From Gemmatimonadota bacterium (lineage in GTDB: Bacteria; JBHIER01; G020348925), in NCBI GenBank assembly GCA_020348925.1, contig CP070758.1:1320469-1384468 (forward strand): 64,000 nucleotides of DNA, given 5' to 3'. The first letter of the stretch is position 1; each line of letters starts with the position of its first letter. Under the pieces are notes generated by a model. It ran no database searches, had not been told where the DNA came from, and worked only from the letters and a program-made list of their open reading frames with translations. Position numbers and translations under genes: made by a program. Shown here in pieces: positions 10,901 through 19,956 of this stretch.

Positions 10901-11021
10901 GAGTGCTTGAGGAGCGAAAATTCTTCACCCGAGGGGAAGGAGTTCCACGCGATAGTGTTCTCATTCTATGAATGCTTTGTCCCCTTTCGAGCAGCTCCTT
11001 ATCACAAAAAATGAATGTCCC

Positions 11022-12878
11022 TCAGGGAGTTACCGTGAGGATGATGGTGGCCATGCAGATCAGATCGAGAACATCGAGGGTCCCGTCATTGTTACAGTCT
11101 GCCGCCTGATACTGCTCCTCTGACAGCTCCGTTTTTCCCAATATGGCGTTCACCACAATGGCCAGATCCTGAACGTCCACAACGCCCTCGCCGGTCATGT
11201 CCCCGGGTATATGGGCCATTTTCAATATCCAACCGTCCACATCGAGAAGGGCGACAATGGGCTTGGAGCTCAAGATGAGCTCAAAGGTCTGTGTCTGCAA
11301 GCTGTCGAAAATGACGAATGTCTCCTCCCCAAACTGGGTTATGAAGGTGACGTCGACAGGCATGGTGAAGGGGGCCGTGTTGGTCTGGACCTGTTCGATG
11401 GTCAGATCCACGCTATAGCCTCCACTTTGCTCGACCATCGTCCAGGAGTAATCATATTCAGGATAGAACTCGCCGTAGATCCATTCCTGAAAGAACCAGC
11501 CCAATTCCATCCCGGAGACCGCTTCGCACAGGGACTGAAAGTCCTCCGTGACTGCCGTTCCGTGTTGGTACTGGCTGTCATAGTAAGCCCGGAGGATATC
11601 GAAAAAGACGGGATCCCCCACCACATGCCGCAGCATATGTAGCACCCACGAACCTTTGTTGTAACTGAGGCCGCCGTCGAAAATGCGCCAGATATTGGTG
11701 AGATCCGGGACGTAGATCGTTCCCTCGCCAAAGTATCTGTTCCTGTTCATATCTTCGAAATAGGCCTCTTTCCCGTGAACCTGTTCCCAGTATAAAGCCT
11801 CTGAATATGTGGCAAATCCCTCGTTGAGCCAAATATGGTGGAAGTCCCGGCAGGTGATCATGTCGCCCCACCACTGGTGGGCCAGCTCGTGGGCGATGAG
11901 GGCCTCACTCCATCCCCCAAGGCTTGTGCAGGTCTGATGCTCCATCCCTCCTCCAAAAATAAACTCCGCCTGGCCGTACTTTTCGTCAAGAAAAGGGTAC
12001 GGGCCGAAGAGGTCGGAGAAAATTGCCAGCATGTCTTTGGTCTTGGCGTAGGTTGACCGGAGGTTTTCCAGGTGATCGGGGAACACGTAGAACTGGATCT
12101 CCATGGAATCCGTCGGGGAGTATTTGTAATAATCGGAGTAAGTTGCATATTCATAGATTGCGACCGAGACGAGGTATGTGGTGATGGGGTAGCTTTCATG
12201 CCACCAGTACGTTTCGGTGTCTCCGTTGTCAGTAACTTCCCGGAGGACCCCGTTGGAGGCGACAATCATCCCTTCGGGAACAGTCACCCTGATGTCGACG
12301 GAATCGGCTTTATCAGAGGGTTGATCCTTACACGGCCACCAGTTGCGGGCCCCAAAGGGCTCGCTCAAACTCCAGATCATGGGCCTGCCGGCATGAAGGT
12401 CGAAGCCGAAGGAACCCAGACCGCTTGTGGCCGGATTGCCTTCGTAATCGATGACTATGCCGACAGATTCACCGGTCGCATAGGATCTCTCGAGATCGAT
12501 ATCGAGGAGATCGTGCTGATGCGTGAAGGAAGTCGGTGTTCCGGAAAGGGTGATTTGAGACACCGTCATGTTGTTCAGAAGATCCACCTCAATGTGATCG
12601 ATGGGATCGCCCACCACCTCAGCCCTCATCTGGACCGTTCCCGCCAATCGGCGGAGATCGGGATCGACGCTCAGGTCGATGTTGTAATACCGAACATCGT
12701 ACTGTTCCTGGTTGACCGTCTGCATGGAGATTGCCGCCTGTCGCTTCATGTACCGAAACATCTCGGCCTTGCGCTCGTGGATGGTGTCCAGAACATCGGG
12801 GGTCAAAACCGGCCACTGGGCCGATGCACTGCTCATCGATACAAGAGAGAACAGCATGACACATACTATTTTCTTCAT
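11022..12878 (-). CDS. Secreted M1 family aminopeptidase with C-terminal dockerin domain
   Basis: Signal peptide, GGMEH, HELAHQWWG..WLNEGFA, YNKG; C-terminal GDMTGEGVVDVQDL..ADCNNDGTLDVLDL dockerin duplication. Confidence 0.9.
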   Translation of the reverse strand: MKKIVCVMLFSLVSMSSASAQWPVLTPDVLDTIHERKAEMFRYMKRQAAISMQTVNQEQYDVRYYNIDLSVDPDLRRLAGTVQMRAEVVGDPIDHIEVDLLNNMTVSQITLSGTPTSFTHQHDLLDIDLERSYATGESVGIVIDYEGNPATSGLGSFGFDLHAGRPMIWSLSEPFGARNWWPCKDQPSDKADSVDIRVTVPEGMIVASNGVLREVTDNGDTETYWWHESYPITTYLVSVAIYEYATYSDYYKYSPTDSMEIQFYVFPDHLENLRSTYAKTKDMLAIFSDLFGPYPFLDEKYGQAEFIFGGGMEHQTCTSLGGWSEALIAHELAHQWWGDMITCRDFHHIWLNEGFATYSEALYWEQVHGKEAYFEDMNRNRYFGEGTIYVPDLTNIWRIFDGGLSYNKGSWVLHMLRHVVGDPVFFDILRAYYDSQYQHGTAVTEDFQSLCEAVSGMELGWFFQEWIYGEFYPEYDYSWTMVEQSGGYSVDLTIEQVQTNTAPFTMPVDVTFITQFGEETFVIFDSLQTQTFELILSSKPIVALLDVDGWILKMAHIPGDMTGEGVVDVQDLAIVVNAILGKTELSEEQYQAADCNNDGTLDVLDLICMATIILTVTP

Positions 12879-12926
12879 ACTATTTTCCTTTTTCGTTTTG
12901 CGTCTTTCATTTTTTACTGTATAGCC

Positions 12927-13595
12927 CTAAAGTCGTGTTCTCTCCTGTCCGAACTGACAGTGTTTGAAAACCGGGCAGGCGTCGCACCGTGGGTTGCCCG
13001 GATGGCAAATCTGGCGCCCGAGGGCGAGCATATTCATGTGAAGGGAATAGACTTTCCCCCGGGGGATTTGGTCTCTCATCATGTAGAACGTTTTATCGGC
13101 CGTGGCCTTGGCCGGGACCAGTCCCAATCTCCCGCAAATCCGGTGAACGTGGGTGTCCACGGGAAAGACATCCTGGCCGCAGGCGAACATGAGGACGACG
13201 GCCAGGGTTTTCACGCCGATCCCTTTCAAATGGCCGTAAGTTGCCAGGGCCTGATCGAAATCCATGGAGCAGATTGGATCAAGAGCGAGGCGACCGTATT
13301 CCTTTTTCAGCCAGGCGAGGATGGCCTTGATACGGGCGCTCTTCTGGTTGGCCAGGCCGCCGACCTTGATGGCTTCGGCGATCTCTTCTGTTTTCGCCCT
13401 GAGCACCTTCTCCCAGGTGGGGTACCTTTCCCTGAGGCTTTCGTAGGCCCGGTCGCGGTTGTGGTCGTTCGTGTTCTGGGAGAGGATGGTCTTGATGAGG
13501 CTGTCCAGGGGGTCCCTCGGTCCTTGCCATGCTGGTTTTCCGAACCGGCCCTCCAGAGCCCTTGAAATATGACCTGTTTTTCCTTTACGAACCAA
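12927..13595 (-). CDS. nth: Endonuclease III / HhH-GPD DNA glycosylase
   Basis: ILSQNTND, LKGIGVKT helix-hairpin-helix, FPVDTHV, C-x6-C-x2-C-x5-C Fe-S motif. Confidence 0.85.
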   Translation of the reverse strand: MVRKGKTGHISRALEGRFGKPAWQGPRDPLDSLIKTILSQNTNDHNRDRAYESLRERYPTWEKVLRAKTEEIAEAIKVGGLANQKSARIKAILAWLKKEYGRLALDPICSMDFDQALATYGHLKGIGVKTLAVVLMFACGQDVFPVDTHVHRICGRLGLVPAKATADKTFYMMRDQIPRGKVYSLHMNMLALGRQICHPGNPRCDACPVFKHCQFGQERTRL

Positions 13596-13892
13596 TGATA
13601 TTTCCTGAGAGAGTTGCAGTGCCGTATTTCATGAGGTTCTCAATATATACAAACTCGGTGCTTTCGTAAAGATTTCTTTGGAGATTTCCCAAAAGGAGTG
13701 AAAGGGTGTGCCCGTTCGCTCCGAACCTGCCCATTTCAGTAACGGAAATGTCCGTGCTCCGTGAGGCTCGGTGTGCAACAATTCACCCTTGCAGAGAGCG
13801 TTCTCGGGGAAAAATTGCTTTTTCCCCCTAACGAAAAATGAGGCTGCTGAGGGATTCGTCTCAGCGATCCAATGTGCAAGATCAAGAGATAG

Positions 13893-14996
13893 TTAACGTC
13901 TTCTTCCAGCCTTTGGTGTGGCTCGAGGGGAACTGTAGGCGCGACTTCCCCGGGGAGCTGAGGGTGAACTTCTGAAAGAGCTCCTGGAAGGACTGCTTCT
14001 TATAGAGGGTCGACTGTACGTTGCCCTGGAGCGGTTAAGTTTTCGACCGGGTGCCATGCTTCTGTCCGCCCTCCGGAAGGTCTTCTGTTGCGGTTTGATT
14101 GCGCGATACCGGTCGGTTTTGTCATCCTTTCTTTTCGCCCTGTACTCCTTGACCGGATACGTATCGCGGCGGGAGTTCTGTTTGGACCGATACTGTCTGT
14201 CGTAATATCTGACCCCCTGATCCCTGGGGAGACCCCGTCTGCGATCGTATTTCCTGTAAGGTTTTCCCCATTGATCATAATCGTTATACCCACAGCGATC
14301 GCGGTAGCGATACCTCCAGTCGTAGCAGTAATGATCGATGTACCATCCCAAACCGCAATCGTACCAGGGACGCCACCCCCAGTGGACGTCGATCCAGATG
14401 CCGCTCCACCAGGCCGGGTAGTGCCACCAGACCGGAGCGTGGAGCCATGGTCGACCCACCTCGTGAAAGATGATGTATTGTTCTACGACTCTCCCGTCTT
14501 CGTAGATCTCCTCATCACCCTCAAATTGCTCAGGCTCGTCATCCGCGTCCGTGACTACCTCATACTGGGTACTTCCTTTTGTGTAAATTGCTTCCGTTAA
14601 ATTCAGGATTTCACTCTCACCGTCATAATTGCCCCGGACTGTCACACTTTGAAGGTCCCTTCCCTCCTTCTTGAAATCCTCGTTCTTCTCAATGATGGCC
14701 TGGATGTCCTCGTGGGCCGCTCTGAGATCGGCGATGTTTGCCCCGTCCTCGTAACAGAGAAGTTTGTTCTCGTCCCGGCCAATCAGGAGGTTCCATACAC
14801 CATACCCGTCATCCTCCTTAAAGGTACTGACGAGAGGAACTCCCTCTACCTCGACCCATTGCGAATCGTATTGGTCGATGTCGGCCAGGGCGATTTGCAC
14901 CTGGGCCTCCGGGTTTGCCGGTAGTATAGAGAAGCAGGATAGGGCTGCGAGCACCGCAATCAGCTCGATTCTTTGCGTTCTTTTCATAAGGCTCAC
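13893..14996 (-). CDS. Hypothetical exported protein with acidic domain, W/Y-rich segment and R/S-rich tail
   Basis: Long ORF with GGAGG RBS and a signal-like N-terminus; compositional bias. Confidence 0.7.
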   Translation of the reverse strand: MSLMKRTQRIELIAVLAALSCFSILPANPEAQVQIALADIDQYDSQWVEVEGVPLVSTFKEDDGYGVWNLLIGRDENKLLCYEDGANIADLRAAHEDIQAIIEKNEDFKKEGRDLQSVTVRGNYDGESEILNLTEAIYTKGSTQYEVVTDADDEPEQFEGDEEIYEDGRVVEQYIIFHEVGRPWLHAPVWWHYPAWWSGIWIDVHWGWRPWYDCGLGWYIDHYCYDWRYRYRDRCGYNDYDQWGKPYRKYDRRRGLPRDQGVRYYDRQYRSKQNSRRDTYPVKEYRAKRKDDKTDRYRAIKPQQKTFRRADRSMAPGRKLNRSRATYSRPSIRSSPSRSSFRSSPSAPRGSRAYSSPRATPKAGRRR

Positions 14997-15226
14997 CTCC
15001 GAAAAAATGAAGAATGATACTTTTGCACGAACAAAATAGGGAATTATTCCCCGATGTCAACCCCTTTGTGCAATATTTCCGAAAGGGGGTGCTCACGGCC
15101 GAAACGAGACATCATTTTCACTCCGGCGTACCGCGATCGTTTAAATAATGTGAAGGCTTTTTGGAATGTCGAGGGCAACGGTTCATCGCTCCAGGTACAA
15201 TTTTTCAGTGGGCTGTGAAAAAGTCC

Positions 15227-15255
15227 TTGACAGTAATACAATAATGCGATATAAT
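15227..15255 (+). promoter_or_regulatory. Consensus sigma70 promoter for the M14 peptidase gene
   Basis: Perfect TTGACA-N17-TATAAT, 54 nt before the ATG, which has an AGGAGG RBS. Confidence 0.8.
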
Positions 15256-15308
15256 AGGGCTGTTGAAAACCCGGTCTGTGCGACATAGTCTTCACAAGGA
15301 GGTAGACG

Positions 15309-18167
15309 ATGAAGAGGCTGAGAATGTTCCGTAAGTTCTTGATTGTTTTGTCTTCTATCTTTATTGCTTCAATCGCGTTCTGCCCGGTTTCCGGGGGGAC
15401 GGCCGTATCGATGGAGATCTCCGGCAATCCCTCGATGTCGTCCCCCGATGGCGAGCCGTTTTTTGAGGGTGGGACCTACATGGGGACGGTTCCATCGCCC
15501 GATGAGTTCCTCGGTTTTCCACTCGGATCAAAACCTGTGGATCACGAGGAGACACTCTCGTACCTGAACCACCTCGCCGAATTGAGCCCCCGCGTTCAAT
15601 TTCAACAATACGGAGAATCCCACGAGGGACGAGAGCTGTTTTACGGTGTTATCAGCTCCGAATCGAACATATCTCAAATTGACAAGATAAAAGCATCCGT
15701 AGGCCGACTGGCAGACCCCCGAAAGCTGTCCGGCGAGAAAGAAGCCGGGTCATTGATAGAAAACACACCTGCCATCTGCTGGTTGGGCTACAGTATTCAC
15801 GGCGACGAGCTCTCCAGCACCGATTGTGCCCTTCAGGTTGCATACCAATTGGCGGCTGGTACCGATACCCTCACCGACAAGCTCCTCCGCGATCTCATCG
15901 TCATCATAGACCCTCTCCGAAACCCCGACGGCCGCGATCGTTTTGTAGCGCAGTTGCAACAATTGAGCGGTACAGTTCCCAATCCGGATCACCAGAGTTT
16001 ACAGCACCGTGGCTTCTGGCCGTGGGGTCGCGGAAACCACTATCTCTTCGACCTCAATCGCGACTGCTTTGCTTTGGTTCATCCTGAGTCGCGCGCACGA
16101 GTCCGAGCCATTCTCGAGTGGCACCCACAGCTTCAGGTCGATTCTCACGAGATGGGGCCGCTCGACACCTATCTCTTCTCACCGCCCCGAGAGCCCTTCA
16201 ACCCGAATATCACTGAAAGACAGAAGAAGTGGTGGGGCATTTTCGCCCGCGACCAGGCCCGGGCTTTTAACACATACGGCTGGAGTTACTACACACGCGA
16301 GTGGTCCGAGGAATGGTATCCCGGTTACGCCAATAGCTGGGCCCTCTATACAGGAGCGATCGGTATCCTCTACGAGCAGGCCGGCGTGGACGGTTCGCTC
16401 GTGAAACAGAGGGACGGATCGATCCTCACCTATCGCGAATCCGTTCATCACCACTTCGTGAGCAGCATGGCAAATCTCACGACCGCAGCAAATAACCGCA
16501 AAGAATTATTGAGTGACTTTTACGAGGAAAAACTTCGCTCCACACACACACTTCCGCCCAATACCCCAGGAGCTTTTCTCTTCGTGCCGGGCAATAATCC
16601 GGAGAGGACTGCAGATTTTGTCGATCGACTTCTCTTGCAGGACATAGAGGTCTATGCAGCGACCGAGGATTTCAAGGTGAAGAAATGTCGCAATTATTGG
16701 GGCCAATCATTTCCGGAGAAGAGATTTCCTGAGGGCACGTTCATCATCCACCTCAACCAGCCCATGCGACCCCTGATCATGGCCATCCTCGAATTCGATC
16801 CAAGGATGACCAAGTCTTTTCTCATCAAGGAGAGACGGCGGCTTGAGAAGAAGGGGAAAACCTCCGTTTACGATGCAACGGCCTGGTCTTTCCCCATCGC
16901 TTACGACATCGAGGCCTATTCTACTGAGAACCGGGTAAAAGTGAATGCGGAGCCCGTCATTCGGCCTGAACGATCCCGGGGTGGAATCACACAGAAAGAT
17001 CCTCAGTACGGCTGGCTGATAGACTCAGAGAGGGACGGCTGTGTCAAGGCGCTCATTCGATTGTTCCAGGAGGGCTGCACAGTTCGGGCGGCTGTGGAGC
17101 CTCTCAAGAGCAGTGGAATCCCCTTTGCGACGGGAAGTCTTCTTCTGCGAAGACGCGAGAACTCCGATCTCACATCTGAGACTCTCGATCGAATAGCCTC
17201 GGAGACAGGTGCTGCAGTGCATGGAGTGAATACTGCTCTGAGCGATGAAGGTCCGGATCTGGGAGGTGGTAGGTTTCGGCTTTTGGAACAACCCCGCATA
17301 GGCGTATTCGCTGGATCGCATCTGAGTACAACAAGTTACGGGGCACTGTGGCATCTTCTCGATGGAGAATACGGTTTCCGATTCTCGTCCCTGGATATTG
17401 GATCCCTCAACCGGATGAATTTGGATACCTATAACGTCCTCGTTCTCCCTCATGCATGGGGAGATATTGACGCGTTTCAGGAGGTTATGTCCGATCGTGG
17501 ATTGAGCAAGCTGAAATCATGGATTGAAGCAGGGGGGACACTCATAACCATTGGGTCGGCATCAGCATTCGCCGCCGACACTTCTGTCGGACTGAGCAAG
17601 GTCCGACTGCGACGCCAAATTCTCAATAGAATCGATGACTTTACAGAGGCCGTAGCCCGTGAACGTGAGGCGGAACGAGCGGTGGTTGACAGCATCGCCT
17701 TATGGGAGGGAAAAGAGGAGAAAGAAGAATCTCAAGCCGAGGAGAAGAAATCGAAGAAGAGCGTAAAAAGTGGTGAGGAGGATGAGTACCAGCGCCGTTT
17801 CATGCCCAGAGGATGTATTCTGCGTGCTGACCTTGATGCGGAGCACTGGTTGACCGCTGGAATGAAGGCCAAAGTTCCCGTCTTCCTCTATACCACTTAC
17901 GCACTCATGTCGAAAGGACCTGTCGAGACGGCCGCCCGGCTCGCACAACCGGACAGTCTCCGCGTCAGCGGACTGCTCTGGCCCGAAGCGAGAGACAGAT
18001 GGGCGTCAACGGCTTATCTTACGAGAGAGAAACTCGGCAAGGGGCAAATCATCCTCTTTGCTGGCTTTCCCGCCTTTCGTGGCTACTTTCGGGGCTCCAT
18101 GAGGCTGTTGATGAACGCTCTTCTTCTCGGCCCCGGTTTCGGCACCTCCCGGCCCATGCCGTGGTGA
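15309..18167 (+). CDS. Secreted M14 family zinc carboxypeptidase with C-terminal GATase-like domain
   Basis: Signal peptide, SIHGDE, NPDGR, GRGNHYLFDLNRD, DSHEMG zinc-ligand motifs. Confidence 0.88.
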   Translation: MKRLRMFRKFLIVLSSIFIASIAFCPVSGGTAVSMEISGNPSMSSPDGEPFFEGGTYMGTVPSPDEFLGFPLGSKPVDHEETLSYLNHLAELSPRVQFQQYGESHEGRELFYGVISSESNISQIDKIKASVGRLADPRKLSGEKEAGSLIENTPAICWLGYSIHGDELSSTDCALQVAYQLAAGTDTLTDKLLRDLIVIIDPLRNPDGRDRFVAQLQQLSGTVPNPDHQSLQHRGFWPWGRGNHYLFDLNRDCFALVHPESRARVRAILEWHPQLQVDSHEMGPLDTYLFSPPREPFNPNITERQKKWWGIFARDQARAFNTYGWSYYTREWSEEWYPGYANSWALYTGAIGILYEQAGVDGSLVKQRDGSILTYRESVHHHFVSSMANLTTAANNRKELLSDFYEEKLRSTHTLPPNTPGAFLFVPGNNPERTADFVDRLLLQDIEVYAATEDFKVKKCRNYWGQSFPEKRFPEGTFIIHLNQPMRPLIMAILEFDPRMTKSFLIKERRRLEKKGKTSVYDATAWSFPIAYDIEAYSTENRVKVNAEPVIRPERSRGGITQKDPQYGWLIDSERDGCVKALIRLFQEGCTVRAAVEPLKSSGIPFATGSLLLRRRENSDLTSETLDRIASETGAAVHGVNTALSDEGPDLGGGRFRLLEQPRIGVFAGSHLSTTSYGALWHLLDGEYGFRFSSLDIGSLNRMNLDTYNVLVLPHAWGDIDAFQEVMSDRGLSKLKSWIEAGGTLITIGSASAFAADTSVGLSKVRLRRQILNRIDDFTEAVAREREAERAVVDSIALWEGKEEKEESQAEEKKSKKSVKSGEEDEYQRRFMPRGCILRADLDAEHWLTAGMKAKVPVFLYTTYALMSKGPVETAARLAQPDSLRVSGLLWPEARDRWASTAYLTREKLGKGQIILFAGFPAFRGYFRGSMRLLMNALLLGPGFGTSRPMPW

Positions 18168-18443
18168 GCGAGATGTCTTGCCGCAGGTTTTTTTCTTTTC
18201 TTGCTCGGTGCGGCAAAGCCGCAACCTGTGGTCTCTCATGGTGCGTTTTGATGGCTGGAGTCGTGTGCGGGGTCATGACAAAATACTCCACGTCCCCTGC
18301 CCAATAAAAGATTTGAGTGGCTGTACCTTTCGTACGAGAAGGGTTTTGGTTGTTTTCGAGTCATTCCTCAATTATATTGACCGCTCACTTTCTTTTGCCG
18401 TTTCAAGTAAGATTGTCCGCAAACATAATAGGAGGTAGAAGCT

Positions 18444-19706
18444 ATGGCTCTCGAAAATTATGAACATACTGTTCTGGATCGTTTTCTCAAGTACGTCGGG
18501 TACGATACCCAGTCCGCCGAAGATGCCGAGACGTTTCCCAGCACTGAGGAGCAGAAGGTTTTGGCCCAGGTCTTGGTCGAGGATTTGAAGGCGATCGGGC
18601 TGAGCGATGCGAACATGGATGCCCATGGTTACGTCACCGCCACCCTCGAGGCCAATACGGAAAAGAGGATCCCTACTCTCGGTCTCATAGCCCATTTGGA
18701 TACGTCTCCCGACGTTTCCGGAAAAGATGTCAAACCTCACATTCACAAAAATTACCAGGGCGGGGATATCGTTCTGACGGGCGACAGGAGTCAAGTGATT
18801 CAGGAGTCCGAGAATCCCAATTTGAAGGAGCAGATCGGCAACGATGTTATTACATCGGACGGAACGACTCTCCTCGGAGCGGACAACAAGGCCGGAATCG
18901 CGGAGATTTTCGACGCGCTCCAGTATATTGTTCGGCATCCTGAGATTGAACACGGCCCGATCCGTGTGGCGGTCACCCCCGATGAGGAGGTCGGCAATGG
19001 TACGAAATACTTTGACGTCAAGGCCTTTGCCGCTGACTACGCCTATACCGTTGACGGTGAGACAGCCGGGGAGATTGAGAACGAAACCTTCTGCGCCGAC
19101 TCCGTCACGGTCAAGATCCACGGCCACAACGTCCACCCCGGTTACGCCAAGGACAAGCTTGTCAATTCAATAAAGATCGGTTCGGAGTTCATTGATCAGT
19201 TACCCAAGAAGGGGCTCTCGCCCGAGACGACCGAAAAGCGGGAGGGCTATGTTCATCCGCATCATATCAGCGGCGGCATCGAGACGACGACGATTAAATT
19301 CCTCATTCGAGATTTCGAGGAGGATGGGCTGAAAGAGAAGGAGACGATGTTGCAGAAGCTCGCTGAGCGTGTCGTCAAGAGGTATCCCAAGGCGAAGCTC
19401 GAGTTTGAGGTCGAAGAATCATACCGAAACATGAGGTTCAAACTGGACGAGGATCCGAAGGTCGTGGAGAATGCCATGGAGGCGGTGCGGCGGGCGGGGG
19501 TGGAGCCCAAGTTGAACCTTATCCGGGGGGGCACGGATGGTGCTCGCCTGTGTTACGAGGGATTGCTCACCCCGAACATCTTCACCGGCGGTCACAATTT
19601 CCACTCGAAGCTGGAATGGATTTCTCTTCAAGATATGCAGAGGGCTGTGGAGGTGATTGTTCATCTGGTTCAGATATGGGCCGAGCAGGCTGAGGAACGC
19701 CGTTAG
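18444..19706 (+). CDS. pepT: Peptidase T (tripeptide aminopeptidase, M20B)
   Basis: AHLDTSPD, LGADNKAG, TPDEEVG, HPGYAK, IRGGTDG, GGHNFHS. Confidence 0.95.
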   Translation: MALENYEHTVLDRFLKYVGYDTQSAEDAETFPSTEEQKVLAQVLVEDLKAIGLSDANMDAHGYVTATLEANTEKRIPTLGLIAHLDTSPDVSGKDVKPHIHKNYQGGDIVLTGDRSQVIQESENPNLKEQIGNDVITSDGTTLLGADNKAGIAEIFDALQYIVRHPEIEHGPIRVAVTPDEEVGNGTKYFDVKAFAADYAYTVDGETAGEIENETFCADSVTVKIHGHNVHPGYAKDKLVNSIKIGSEFIDQLPKKGLSPETTEKREGYVHPHHISGGIETTTIKFLIRDFEEDGLKEKETMLQKLAERVVKRYPKAKLEFEVEESYRNMRFKLDEDPKVVENAMEAVRRAGVEPKLNLIRGGTDGARLCYEGLLTPNIFTGGHNFHSKLEWISLQDMQRAVEVIVHLVQIWAEQAEERR

Positions 19707-19881
19707 CAGATCGGGAAAACAAATAATACCTTCAGATGATGAGGGTTACGGGATCGTTATCGTCTAGCGGAAGTGTATTTTGTGTCATGTTGGATTTTAC
19801 TGTATTCGCAGGGACGGGTTTGTAGCTCCTTTACCGCTCTGTGGCCACATGGCCGAAACGACGAAAAAGTTCAATTTTTTA

Positions 19882-19910
19882 TTGACAATTGGACCCGAAG
19901 GGCTTATATT
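19882..19910 (+). promoter_or_regulatory. Sigma70-type promoter for mltD
   Basis: TTGACA-N17-TATATT. Confidence 0.65.
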
Positions 19911-19956
19911 CGCAAAACTGTCAACCTTTCGCTGAGGGATAGAAAGATTATTTCTT

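Noticed and set aside
12072-13565. Long antisense or alternative-frame ORFs (also 4600-5400, 9503-10555, 18372-19136, 24439-25479, 44732-45427)
   Set aside because: Shadows of well-supported genes on the opposite strand, with no motifs of their own.
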